DNA of 64,000 nucleotides from Mayamaea pseudoterrestris. Its lineage: Eukaryota. The translations under genes were made by a program, and so were the position numbers. This document shows positions 24,275 through 35,617 of this stretch, piece by piece. The notes under the pieces were generated by a model. The model saw only the letters and a list, made by a program, of their open reading frames with translations, made no database searches and had not been told where the DNA came from. The first letter of the stretch is position 1; the number at the start of each line of letters is the position of its first letter. The stretch covers positions 620,001 through 684,000 of the forward strand of contig BROI01000011.1 in NCBI GenBank assembly GCA_027923505.1. The letters run 5' to 3'.

Positions 24275-24973
24275 TTAGGTTGTTAATTTAGCAAAGTCCG
24301 AGTCTCGCTGCTCCTTGGCATATGCCAGAGGCCAGTGACCGCAGTACGCGACGCATTCGCAAGGCGCCCACCAGGAGTATGTATTCTTCGCTGCCGCGTT
24401 GTTGCTACCTGCAACTGTACCCTCGACTTGCCGCGAGGGAGGTGTTGCATCAAAAGGCCATTGCGAGAATGGCTCTTGGCAAGGCTCGCATTCCTTCCAC
24501 CACTCCTTGGTAACAGGATCGTTTGCGATACTGCTCATGTCTGCTTGGAATAGTCTCTCTTCATCCTCTTTATCACGGCATGATGTTTTCCAGTGTCCAA
24601 TCCACTCGAAATGTTGGAAGAGTGTTCTTGTTTCTTCATGGTAGTAAATGACGAAGTTTCGAATATTTGCTCTAGTCATGGCGTTCAGAACCTGCGGCCA
24701 GACATTATCGTGGAGCTCCCGATACTTCTGATAATATCCGGGACGTAGTCGAATGACTGAACCGAATCGACGTGGTGCTGGCGAAGAAGATGTTGTTGGA
24801 GCAGCATCAAGAATGCAATCGTCTGCGTCGTCTGCATCGGGATCATTGGTTCTCGTCGCTAGTCTTTGCCGTCGCCTCGCAGCCACTTGCGCCAAAATTA
24901 GACCTGCACATGTACCGATGAAGAATGAAGCGGCAACAACTGTATCTAAATGTTTTTGGCGAGTCCTGCTCAT
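24275..24973 (-). CDS. L-rhamnose mutarotase (RhaM/DUF718)-domain protein with an N-terminal membrane anchor
   Basis: RRFGSVIRLRP..Y..Y.ELH..VWP.V..A...ANIRNF.IY and DPVTKEWW..CEPCQ motifs. Confidence 0.85.
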   Translation of the reverse strand: MSRTRQKHLDTVVAASFFIGTCAGLILAQVAARRRQRLATRTNDPDADDADDCILDAAPTTSSSPAPRRFGSVIRLRPGYYQKYRELHDNVWPQVLNAMTRANIRNFVIYYHEETRTLFQHFEWIGHWKTSCRDKEDEERLFQADMSSIANDPVTKEWWKECEPCQEPFSQWPFDATPPSRQVEGTVAGSNNAAAKNTYSWWAPCECVAYCGHWPLAYAKEQRDSDFAKLTT

Positions 24974-25253
24974 GGTGTTTGTGCGGCAACGAGCGATGGA
25001 TGTGAAATGATGGATGAAGCAAAATCCAAAATCCGTGATCGTGTCGCACCATTATTAAAATGTCGCACCAAGAATGATCATCGCATCCGATTCATCCGTT
25101 CATCGGATCGAATGTTCATGTGCGCGCCGCGACACGCATCTCCTTCGTCGCCATCATGCAAGCTAAATGCCAATTAGTATCAATTTGCTGATTTCGAATA
25201 TCGTATGATTCTTGCCATAAAACTGTTTTGGCGTTTTTGAGCTAGCAGGCAAC

Positions 25254-26882
25254 ATGCCGACTTTCTCCGCCTGGCCCGTGGGGCTGGTGAGTGGTCCATC
25301 AAAGTCACCGCCATCAAGTACGAGCACCTTGCCCGAGAAGAGTAAGGATGCGTCATTTGAGTTTGATGGCAGCATTCAAGTCACTCCCGAGCACAGTTAT
25401 ATGGATCTCACACCTCCCTCCAAGTGTGCCATGCGTCGCATCAGTCCAATCATTCCAAGAGCGAGTACGAACTCCACTGATTCATCATCGTCAGACGCCA
25501 TCAACGATCAGCTACAGCAGTGGGCCAGTCTCAAGCTCAGTACAAGCAGCGAGTCCGAGTTTGACGTTGATGATCTCCTCTCAAATTCCGCCAGTTACGA
25601 ACCACTCTTTAACGATCGCCTCCTTCACGAGTTCAAGGACAACTATGACCTCCCAGATGAAGATGTTGGCAACGGCTCGGGTACCAAACACATTCTGCGG
25701 CGAGCTCGCTGGACGTACCAGTCAGGTAGCAACAGCAAAGAGAACAAGACGCCAGAGTCCAAGAAAGCTCATCAGATCAATGGCGGTGGATCGCCCGATA
25801 CGGCAACGACAGCCCCTCCGTCCTTTTCCACAAATGGGACGCCGGATTACGAGCAGGAGGATGAAGATGACAAGGAAATGGACATTTCTGCAATTACCAC
25901 CGATCATGAAGAAATTGACGTTTTGATTATGGATGATAATATTGATGGCAACCGAAAGGCTTCGAAAAAGACTCCGCCTCCAGTAGCATCGCCTTTCAAC
26001 ACTCATTCCCACTTGAATGGACTCCGTCAGTTACTCTGGCCAGCACCAAAAGCTCAGGACGATGACAATGACTTGAGCAACATGTACGAGGACTTTAGTA
26101 CAACCTTTGAACAAACCACAGCCGCTGGTAGCCGCAGTACTTTTGCCTACTCGTTTCTACAACAGGTCACGTGCTGTGCCGGCCTCGTGGTGCTACCGAC
26201 GCGTCGATCAAACTTTGCCAGCAAGTCGGACGATGATGCATACTTGGTCATGGACACGTCTGTTGGTAGTTTTCTGTATCTTGATGACGATGAAGACGAG
26301 ACCTACTACGTACAAGAGTATGAACAGGATGAAGAATACAAAAGCAGCGTCTATGATTCGCCCGAGCTTGGCACTTCGGTCAAGCAAATGGCCAAGATGG
26401 CCTTGGCTGCCAACTGCAGTCGCCCGTCATCCTTTGACGAGGACGACAAATCCGTCTTGGAAACTCGTGAGACATCCTTTGCCTCCTACAATCAGTCGAC
26501 CCTTCAGGACTCGCTGAATGCGCACTTTTTAAACGCCCCAAACAAAACTCCTGCATCGTCGGCTGCAGGCGTTGCCAACGAGGACGAACTGAACAAGAGT
26601 GGAGCATCAAGCTACGCGTCAGGCGAATTGCTCAACCAGTTTTATACCTTGGATGACAGTAGCTTCGAGGATGATCAAACTGAATCAGCCGTTTCGGAAT
26701 CCTCCATGGTGACAACGCCGCGAAAGAACTCTGGTCGCGACGAAACCATGTCCACGAGATCAGTCTTTACGGAAGACAATGACGACGAGGAAGACCAGGA
26801 TGGCTTGGAGCCTCCTCCCTTGCGTTTAAGGACGAGGGTTCGAAGCATTGCGTCGTACGAGGATCATGGGTTTTTGTGTTAA
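25254..26882 (+). CDS. Hypothetical Ser/Asp-rich low-complexity protein
   Basis: 542-aa ATG-initiated ORF with no recognisable domain. Confidence 0.7.
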   Translation: MPTFSAWPVGLVSGPSKSPPSSTSTLPEKSKDASFEFDGSIQVTPEHSYMDLTPPSKCAMRRISPIIPRASTNSTDSSSSDAINDQLQQWASLKLSTSSESEFDVDDLLSNSASYEPLFNDRLLHEFKDNYDLPDEDVGNGSGTKHILRRARWTYQSGSNSKENKTPESKKAHQINGGGSPDTATTAPPSFSTNGTPDYEQEDEDDKEMDISAITTDHEEIDVLIMDDNIDGNRKASKKTPPPVASPFNTHSHLNGLRQLLWPAPKAQDDDNDLSNMYEDFSTTFEQTTAAGSRSTFAYSFLQQVTCCAGLVVLPTRRSNFASKSDDDAYLVMDTSVGSFLYLDDDEDETYYVQEYEQDEEYKSSVYDSPELGTSVKQMAKMALAANCSRPSSFDEDDKSVLETRETSFASYNQSTLQDSLNAHFLNAPNKTPASSAAGVANEDELNKSGASSYASGELLNQFYTLDDSSFEDDQTESAVSESSMVTTPRKNSGRDETMSTRSVFTEDNDDEEDQDGLEPPPLRLRTRVRSIASYEDHGFLC

Positions 26883-26994
26883 AAAGAGCTCTTTACAAGT
26901 AGTGTACAGCAAGCTAGAATAAACAAGACTGTAGATAGCACCCGCAGATAAGCCGCAAGTTATAGAAAACATAGTGCCGAGTTGCTACAGAATT

Positions 26995-28647
26995 TCATAG
27001 TCTTGATCTTATAAGGGCTTGTGCGCCAGTTCGCGACACCGTTGAGTGTGTTTCCCGCTCGTTGATCGTCTCCACAACAGCAGCAATAAAGTCCGTCGTC
27101 GCTACGTCTGCCCAGCTAGTGCCAAGCATACCATTAGCGCTTCCATCCGGCGGCGACTCTTGCCAGCCAAGATGACCTCCGCACTTTGTCTCCACGACGA
27201 GTACGTTTGGATTATTGACGCAGAATTGAAGGCGCGCTCGCGACGAATGAAACACTAGGAAATCATCCGCTGCCAGGAGCAGCATGGTTGGGACAGGAAT
27301 ATGTGGGGACTGAACAAAGGAGCTGGCATCATTCCAGTAAGCCTCTGCGTTCTCGTATCCAATTTTGTATGCGAACGGATACTCAGGTTCATTGCGCGGT
27401 GAAATGGGTGCTAGTGCCTCGTCAACTCCCGCAAGGGTCGGCGCCAAGAATGCCTTTCGAAAGCTCGTTCGAGAATAAGAGTCGTGCATGTGCCGAAAAC
27501 TGGACCAGTTGTCGAGTAAACCCTTCTTGGCTCCAAGTGCCATGACGCACGACATGAACGGACCGATGCGGTCCGATCGTATCGACATTGGATTACCGAG
27601 CGAGACGCCGCCCGCAACGCATGATGGTAGTGTTCCACTCAATCCTTCCTCTCCCAAGTACTTGGTCACAAGGTTTGCTCCCAGCGAATGTCCAACGATG
27701 AAGAGCTTTCCATTGACTGGTAACTTGGCTGCAATTTGCCACACTACGTTGCGAAGATCCCCGGTATATGCTCCTGTATAATTTCTGGGCGTCGCCAGTG
27801 GTTGCCTTCCGCATCCGCGAAAATTAAAACCGCATGCCAACCAGCCACGGTCGGTGCAAGCCCGCATGAGGGATCGAATGTAGCCAAAACTTGCGTCGTT
27901 GTTGATGCCATGAAGAATTAAAACGACAATGTTGCATGCGGTTATTGGTCCATGCATAACTTGACGCTGAAGGTTCAAAAGTGCGTCAGCTCGGTCCGGT
28001 GCTGATTCGGGTTCGGGAAGCTCCCAGTCTAGCGCAATCTGGGCTCCGTCCTGTGTCATGGTGAGAACCTGCCGAAAGGATCGACTCGGCAATTGGGATC
28101 CATTAAGGTGCATATTCGAAACACCAGAGAGCGACCACAACATGGCATCAGGACCACGCGCCAGATAAGCAGCGACGCTGGAGAGCAGGCCCCGCGTCCC
28201 AATTAATAGCGAAGGTCGAATGGTTCGTCGGAGAATTGAATCGGGCGATGCCGTGAGCTTGGAGTGAATGTCAGACAGCAGCGAAGAATCAGATGTAGAA
28301 TCTGCTTTGGTTCCAACTTGTCCATAAACAGTAGGAGGTCCTGTAAGTCGTCGCTGCAATGCTATTTCGTATACGACAGTGACACAACCGAGAAGCGATA
28401 GTAGCGCCGCCCAGCCATGAGGAGTGTCAGGAAATTGATCCGTCACGGAGGATCGACGACGCACCAGTTCGTTAGAGATCCGTGAAGACCAGCGTCTTTT
28501 GTCATGATCATCATGCTCAATCACTGCATTGTCAGATATATCTTGGTGTTGATGTCTATCTTTTCTTTTCTGCTCATTGTCGTCGATAAGATGTGCATCT
28601 GCCAATGAATGAGGGTGGTTGTTCGTGTCATGATGTTCTTTCGGCAT
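26995..28647 (-). CDS. ABHD1/3 (YheT)-like alpha/beta hydrolase with C-terminal PTS1 (SRL)
   Basis: DGAQIALDW, LHGINN, NFRGCG, GHSLG nucleophile, AADD, GGHLGW; the protein ends in SRL. Confidence 0.9.
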   Translation of the reverse strand: MPKEHHDTNNHPHSLADAHLIDDNEQKRKDRHQHQDISDNAVIEHDDHDKRRWSSRISNELVRRRSSVTDQFPDTPHGWAALLSLLGCVTVVYEIALQRRLTGPPTVYGQVGTKADSTSDSSLLSDIHSKLTASPDSILRRTIRPSLLIGTRGLLSSVAAYLARGPDAMLWSLSGVSNMHLNGSQLPSRSFRQVLTMTQDGAQIALDWELPEPESAPDRADALLNLQRQVMHGPITACNIVVLILHGINNDASFGYIRSLMRACTDRGWLACGFNFRGCGRQPLATPRNYTGAYTGDLRNVVWQIAAKLPVNGKLFIVGHSLGANLVTKYLGEEGLSGTLPSCVAGGVSLGNPMSIRSDRIGPFMSCVMALGAKKGLLDNWSSFRHMHDSYSRTSFRKAFLAPTLAGVDEALAPISPRNEPEYPFAYKIGYENAEAYWNDASSFVQSPHIPVPTMLLLAADDFLVFHSSRARLQFCVNNPNVLVVETKCGGHLGWQESPPDGSANGMLGTSWADVATTDFIAAVVETINERETHSTVSRTGAQALIRSRL

Positions 28648-29002
28648 GACAAACGAAGATTGTTTTCAAACTGCACGTCCACATTCACAAGATGAAGCAG
28701 CCATGCAGTTAAAGTAGCCCTGCTTGGTGAGAGGGCTCGTCAAACGAGTAAATTCGATCATGGTCGAACGCCAAAAAGGGAGAGGCTGCTGAAAACGAGA
28801 GTGTGACGCCATTTTTCTTTCCCTTTGGAAATCACACCGTTACTCACAAGACGAATGAGGGTGGGCCGAACCTCGAGGCTCGCTCGCTCGGAACTTCTTG
28901 GAATTGCGCGCGTCGCATGCACGTGAACGTTCGTCCACCGCGAGATTTCAGAAAGGCCGAGCGCTTGACCGGATCAGAAATGACAAGGCAACCATTGTTA
29001 AT

Positions 29003-30691
29003 ATGAATAACTTTCATCTTGTCTCTCGGCGACTTGCATCGGGATGTTTGCAGCAGCCATTTAGAGCAGCATCGTCTTCGTCAGCAAATCGCGTGGTCGT
29101 CTTGGGCTCAGGATGGGGAGGCTTCCAAGTGGTGCGTTCGTCTTGGCTATGCTACTTTGTATAGTTGAGACACTTTTGAGCTCGTTTGAATTTGGTTCGA
29201 TCCCTCTGTTTCTTTTTGTCGAAAGGGTTTCGCTTAGATTAATGCAACTTGCGTCTTCTTCCGTGATTCCGTGGCATGGACCCTGCTTTTACTCATAACA
29301 ACGTCGTTGCTTCTCTCACGCACAGACGATGGATATCGACAAGAACACACCATATACAGTGGTATCGCCTCACAACCATTTTGTATTCACTCCACTACTT
29401 GCAAGTACAGCTGTTGGGACGCTCGAACCTCGGTAAGCGTACTCTGTTTGATCACGACAGAGCAGAGCAGACGATGCTTCACAATCTCACCTTGCACTGC
29501 ACATCTACGTTGCACAGCTGCATACAGGAAAATGTTCGCGTTCGGCTCAGTCCAAATGGTAGCTACATTTCCGGCAAGGCCAGGTCAATTGATACTGAAC
29601 GTAAGACAGTTTCTGTCGAGTCCTTCACCAACGACATTTTCGAACTTGAATACGACAAGCTGGTAATTGCAGTTGGCGTCAAGACGAATACATTCGGTTT
29701 CGAAAGCATCAAGTCAGCACAAGAGCGTGGCGATGATGTTTATTTTTTGAAACGTCTAGCTCACGCTCGGTCGATTAGAACAAATATTATTGATTCGTTT
29801 GAGAAGGCAAGTTTGCCGAATGTGAGCGTCGACGAGAAGAAGCGTTTACTTTCGTTTCTCGTTGTTGGAGGCGGGCCGACCTCATGCGAGTTCACGGCAG
29901 AGCTGCATGACTTTGTGCGTTATGATGTGAAGCGACTTTACAAGGATTTACTACCTTACGTGAAAATTACCATAGTCGAAGCTGGACCGACACTGCTGGG
30001 TCCGTTTGACAAGGCTTTGCAAGATTACGCTCACGGTTTGTTCAAAAAGCGTGCCATTGACGTTCGACTGGGAACAGCCGTATTGGGCATGGAAGACTTT
30101 GTGGGTGAAGGATATCATTTTCCTGCGAAACGAGCGTTGCTATCAAATGGTGACAAGATGGAGTTTGGGACCATGGTATGGTCGGCGGGCTTGGCACCTC
30201 GAAGCTTCACGGAGAACCTGAACGGTAGCTTTACTCGACACGCACGAACTAAGCGTATACTTGTCGACGAATACTTGCGCGTTAAAGGCCATGAAGGTTC
30301 CATATGGGCTATAGGCGATGCATGTGTTAACGAGAAGGGTCCACCGATTCCGCAGCTCGCACAGGTGGCGCGGCAACAAGGCATCTATCTGGCCAAAGTG
30401 TTAAATGGAAAGATAGGAATTGATGAAAAGCCTTTCCGGTTCTTCAGTTTGGGCTCAATGGCATTCATGGGTGAGCTGAAGGGTATATACGATGGGTCGT
30501 CCGCTGGAACACTTGCTTCTAATCCAGATGCCCCGCACAAGACGAAACCGCCGGCCATAACAGGCTTCGCCGCGCTGCTAATGTGGCGCTTCGCCTACTG
30601 GGGAAGGCAAGTATCTTGGGTCAACAAGATGCTAATTCCGTTGTATTGGTTCAAGGCGTGGCTTTTTGGGAGAGATGTGAGCCGGTTTTAA
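29003..30691 (+). CDS. Type II (alternative) NADH:ubiquinone oxidoreductase, mitochondrial; 3 exons (introns 29132-29325, 29433-29517)
   Basis: VVVLGSGWGG; VVSPHNHFVFTPLLASTAVGTLE; VVGGGPTSCEF; AIGD; PQLAQVARQQG; FGRDVSRF. Both GT-AG introns restore the frame. Confidence 0.93.
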
Positions 30692-31003
30692 TAAGCAGAG
30701 TAAGTTAAAGAAGTCTTGTTAATTTGCCCCGAGCGTGATGTAGGTTATAATAAAGATGTCGGGACGGCGTCGTGCCTGCACGGCATTACATGAATTTAGA
30801 TTGATTTCGTAGGAACTTCCACAATAGCTAGGGCCAGTTGGCGCTTGGACGAGGGGCGCGAAGTGCGTCAGCTTCGCGGGTCGCGCATCCACCATCACGC
30901 GCGACCGCAGCGCCACCCATCATCGGCTCGCCCATCACGACGACAACTACTTGTGTTGCAGAACATCAAATCAAAGAATACTTACAAGATCTACAAGACG
31001 AAT

Positions 31004-31441
31004 ATGCGTACTGTAGCATTTCTCCTCGCAGTCAGTGGCGTCGCAGCCTTTGCGCCAACTTTTGGCGTGCCATCGAGTCGCACTCGAAGTGCTCTGTCAG
31101 CTGCATCAACCATGAAGGAAGTTCGAAAGTCGATTGGCAAACTATCAAAAGATAACATGTCAAGCACACTGTCTGAGATTGAGCCTTTTCTTTTGAACAA
31201 CGCTGGTCCTTCATTTTACTCCAAAAGTATGGGAAGAATCACTGCGAAGGCAAAGGCACTGGGAGCTGAGGTGCCGGCCGGTTACGCCAAGGCGGCCAAA
31301 GCCACTGAAAAGCGACGGGAGAAGCAAGATGCTTTCGTAAAGGCCAAGATTGCCGAGGCGGATGAGGCTGCTGCCGCGGCGGCCGCTGAAGCAGCGGAGG
31401 CTGCAGCAGCTCCAGCGGACGACGTCGTTACTGCAGAATAG
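31004..31441 (+). CDS. Small plastid-targeted hypothetical protein with an Ala-rich tail
   Basis: Signal peptide followed by VAA-FAP, resembling the diatom ASAFAP cleavage motif, then a Ser/Arg-rich transit peptide. Confidence 0.8.
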   Translation: MRTVAFLLAVSGVAAFAPTFGVPSSRTRSALSAASTMKEVRKSIGKLSKDNMSSTLSEIEPFLLNNAGPSFYSKSMGRITAKAKALGAEVPAGYAKAAKATEKRREKQDAFVKAKIAEADEAAAAAAAEAAEAAAAPADDVVTAE

Positions 31442-31898
31442 ATGAATTGGGAGTCGGACTTACTGGCCATTGAGGTCTGTCAACTTTTCAAACAATCGCC
31501 GATACTTGTTGTGGGTTAACAGGGAATAAAGCTAACGTAAAGCTTAAATTTTAGTAGTTGGATGCGTAATATTTCTACCGGTAGCTCCACCAGTCGCCCT
31601 CGCGCATAAATGGCAACCGCAGCCGACATAATGACATAACTCCCGCGCCTTTCAAACTTGCTCCTATTGATTTTGTCTCGCCATGCACAAAGACGCGCTA
31701 CCACTGCAATGCCATGACCACAGGTAGATGAAGGTCTGGTTGGTGCTTCACACAGTGGCGCAGTGCATGCTCAAAAGATAACTGGATGATTAGTCGGACA
31801 TGTCACCAGAAGGAATTCATCGCTCCCAAATTGAAGTCAACTTTCAAGACATATGATCGTTATTTCTATTTAAACTCAAGTCTCCACAAAGCGCCTAA

Positions 31899-31966
31899 GC
31901 TTAACTTTTACTTGTCGGCCATTGAGGTAACTACTTGTTCCCTCGAGCAGCGTCATTCGTTCAAGC
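31899..31966 (-). promoter_or_regulatory. Candidate SECIS element
   Basis: Minus strand reads GCUUGAAC-GA-AUGA-CGCUGCUCGAGGG-AA-CAAGUAGUUA-CCUCAAUGGCC-GA-CAAGUAAAA-GUUAAGC. This gives an AUGA/GA quartet, an upper stem, apical AA and a lower stem, about 60 nt after the stop of a gene with an in-frame UGA. Confidence 0.65.
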
Positions 31967-32028
31967 CAGCTTCCATACACTAATGTCGACTTTTGGAGTC
32001 CTTGCTATGCTGGGCGTATCTGTAAACC

Positions 32029-32920
32029 CTATGCAACTAACGCACGCGCTATTGAAAGGACCTTATCCATCGGGGCGTGAGACGCAGTCGATGGGTCGTA
32101 GTGGGCATACACCGTCTTGTCGCCCGCAATGACAAACGTTCCGCCTTGTAGAAACGCCTGCTCATTCTTTGGAGGGATGTAAAAGGCTTTCGACACCAAG
32201 ATGTTCGAATGTTAGCGTCATTCTAAAGTCAATAGCGTGTAAACCCAATACATATCCTTCCATCGTACCTTTCGTCCACTTGCACAAAACCTTCTTAAGA
32301 TCGTCCACGCCATCCTTCCTTGTAAACCGATCCAAGAATGCAAATGGCGTGTTCACATTGAAAAAGGTACGTTGAATGCCACGATTAAGGTCGAGCTCAT
32401 CGTACAAGATGTTTTCAGGGTCCACGTAAAGATACTGTGATCCATTTTCTATCTCCAGGTGTTCGATTAAACTCGCCAGTTTCTCCGGCGTCCCAATCGA
32501 CACCATAACAAGCGTGATGTTGCTACGTTCCAGCTCGTTCACCACTTTCATCCATTGCAAAATGGATTCTTGGCACAAAGGTCACCCGAGCGAGCGCAGA
32601 AAGACAGTAATCACCGGTCGGTTTGACTCCCTTGCTGGAAGTAAGCTATCGAAGACGACCGACTCGCCAGTGGCGCTGTAGACGGAGGTTCCTTGCACTG
32701 CTTGTCGCGCGTTTAGTTGTTGTGCGCGGCTGGATGGCTCACCTGAGAATTCAGTGGGTGTGCCGCAGCCGCAGTCTTCCTGGATCACGTCCAATCCTTC
32801 CATAGCGCGAAGAGCGTGTGCTGATCGAAACTTGGTGCGAGATGGAAGGAGGGCGTAGCTAGCCACGTTGTCGGCGACCGCTAATATGCCAATAATCAGC
32901 CATGTGATGGCGCAGTTCAT
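32029..32920 (-). CDS. Selenoprotein, SelU/PRXL2 (AhpC-TSA-like) family, UxxC motif (Sec UGA at 32582-32584); intron 32187-32268
   Basis: VFLRSLG-TGA-PLCQE continues in frame into LVMVSIG, LYVDPEN.LY..L.L..G and, after the intron, AFLQGGTFVI....VYAHYD. The N-terminus has a signal peptide (..VAS-YAL). Confidence 0.88.
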
Positions 32921-33436
32921 CCTTAATTCGCCTTTCTATGTTGTGGCCGGGCGACAATTAAGACCGCAGTCAATAAAGTGAGCACCAAAGCCACCATGGT
33001 GATCATCAGCGTAATCGATTTATTTGATGAGTCAGTGCAGCGACGCTGTTTTTACGCGTTGTCATTCGCGATCTTTTAGCGTCACAGTGACGCCTGATTG
33101 AGTACCGATACGACCAAAAAGTTGACACTCTTTCGCGATTTTTTGCATGCTTGCTGCTTGGTGCAACCTGCAACTCAGTACAAGAACCTCGTTGTTGCTA
33201 GACAATTCACTCAAGTTGCAAAGACAATGAGCCTTGTCCCGATTATGCTAAATATTTGCAGTTATAGCGTTTAAGTGCGCTCACTGTTGTGGCTCGTGCT
33301 CAGTCACGGTCAGTCCACGGATCGGATCTTGCTCATCGGTTCGGATATCGCCAGATCAAGAGGCCAAGTACAACTCACGATTTAAATTTACGGTGAAACG
33401 TTGTCCATTTCATACGAAACTCACTTGTAGAACAGT

Positions 33437-34851
33437 ATGTCCTCCGCTTCCATTCAACAACGAGACGACGCAGACGCACATTCCAGTCGACGTCGGCCTG
33501 TTCCGACAACTCATTCGCACCATGTGCGACGGCAGCATATACCCTCCGAAGTGTCTGCTCGTGATCTGGGCGTGCCATGGAACGTAGCGCAGCCCGCGCT
33601 TGTGGCGTACCGATCCACCGGAATAGGGTTTTTTGGAGCCTTGATGCGCTACCTTGGCATGCCGTTGGAAAAGATTGCTCTTTACATGAACTCGAGTCAA
33701 GTCTCCGGGAAGGGTCAATTCCGACAAGCTATTCAACTGACTTTTGCGGAAGGAGCGTTGGCGCCATATCGAGTTGTTGGTCCATCGAGTTTGACGGCCT
33801 GGTTCATGCAGTATTCCGTCATGGTACGTAGGACATATGTCATTCTTAAGCAGCAGTGGTAAGGCTGATATAATTGGACTCATGCATTCTTCTCGCTCCG
33901 CTATGCTAGGGAGTAGCATTCCAGCTAGTAGATCAAACGCTCAGTAACTTGATGGGTGTCCGTCCGGTTTATTACGGCCATCAGCTCATGCAACCCCCTG
34001 ACAATGATCTGGTCAACGCTCCATTATCCTATCAAATCAAGGTTGCCGCCAAAACTTTAATTTGTCCTGTAATCTCAGGCTGCTTTGAATCCTTTGTCGC
34101 TAATCGAGCCGAGGTGCAGCGATATTTCGGGCCAGTCCGGTTTGCCGAGATTGAAAGTCGCCTTGCCAACAATTCCTTCGTTCGAATTGCTGGCCCGGCA
34201 TTTGCGCCCAACGCGGCGAGAAACATCATCATGTGCCAAACATCCTTTCTGCTAACGCCCCTTACCTACAAGCGATACTTTCCACAAGAGTATAAATCTA
34301 AGACGACGTTGTTTTGGTACGGTCTCGGCTGCAATATATTTGTCGGCAACATGATTGCCATTACGCAGCAAGCAGCATGGGGCCGATCGTTGGATTACCT
34401 GGCAAGAAATGGTTGCGTATCGTACAGCCAGATGATTCAGGAAAGCTTGGCCAAGGATGGCATCTCAGCGTTCTTCACATTGTCGAAATGGTCGTCGCGA
34501 GTGCTGATGAATGCCCCGGCTCAAGGTACGCTGCCATGGTTCTACAACGAGGTGCTTCCTCTTGGCGAGCGCTGGCTTTTGCAAGGCGTCAAGCATCTAT
34601 TTTACGACTCATTCTTGGCGAGAGGATCAATGGCTACTACCGAACCAGTTGCGATACCTAAGCGGCTATCTGCGCTACAGCGTCAGCGTAGTCGGATAGG
34701 CACGTTGACCACGGCAAATCCTGACTTTTTGGATGAGACGGATGATGACGCGTTTGCTTATGATAGTGTCATAAATATAGTGGGAATCCCCGCGCCTCCC
34801 GAAGGACTGGACGGCGTTAGCGCTCGATCGTCTGACTGGAGCCACCGTTGA
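33437..34851 (+). CDS. Hypothetical membrane protein, possibly a divergent mitochondrial-carrier fold; intron 33824-33909
   Basis: A GT-AG intron joins the two ORFs in frame. PLEKI resembles the carrier signature Px[DE]xx[KR], but other carrier repeats are weak. Confidence 0.65.
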
Positions 34852-35617
34852 CTCCTCAAAATGACATGTGTCACTGTAACCATCATGACTGCAGCATGTG
34901 GATTGCAAATCCCGCAGCGTCGCATCACTGACAGCGCGACGTCATAAGTCTCAGATTCGATATAACTGATGTAGCTATGGCATTGATTGTAGAGAATTTC
35001 AAACTCCCGTATATAGAATACTCGGTAATTATGGCAAAGTCGGATGACGGAAAGCATGATCTCGCCTTCAAGGCGGCCAGTAGCTCCGTGATACCTGCTC
35101 CTTTTGGCTGCCACTTTTTGTGCTCGACAAGCACTTGCAGCTTGATTTGATTCAGACACGTCTCGTACAATTCGAGGGTCGCGCCATGGTCGCGGGAGCG
35201 AGGGATTCCAGGAAATTCTTGTCCGGCCACGGGCAGACGTCAAGTGCGTCATAATGTCTTCCAGAATTCCGATCCGGCATTGGAATTCGTCGGCGGCGCA
35301 CAGACACCATGCGTTGATTGCAAAAGAAAGCGCTGCACCGCGCGTGAATAACTGGCAGTCCAGTGCTCCTCTCTTTGAACGTCTTTTGCAAACCTTAGGT
35401 TGTTTACTTAGTCTCTCGACCTTGTATCACGACTCCTCCTGACATCGACCTTGCTTACTAGAACTCGCTGCAGCTGCTCAACGTCTTTTCGTCACGCTTC
35501 GTCTAATTTGCGCAATCTCCCATGCCACTGCAAGTCCTCGATCACAGATAGCATCCCCTACTCCCTTTTTAGACCGAATTTACCTTAATATACAAGCCAT
35601 TGTGCCCCCCAAGACGA

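Noticed and set aside
32582..32584. Nonsense mutation making the redoxin a pseudogene
   Set aside because: The TGA falls exactly at the first position of the CxxC-type motif, the rest of the gene is intact, and a SECIS-like hairpin follows. Selenocysteine is the better explanation.
34758..35442. Short ORFs between the carrier-like gene and the transporter
   Set aside because: They have no domain signature, overlap in several frames, and are probably UTR or promoter sequence.
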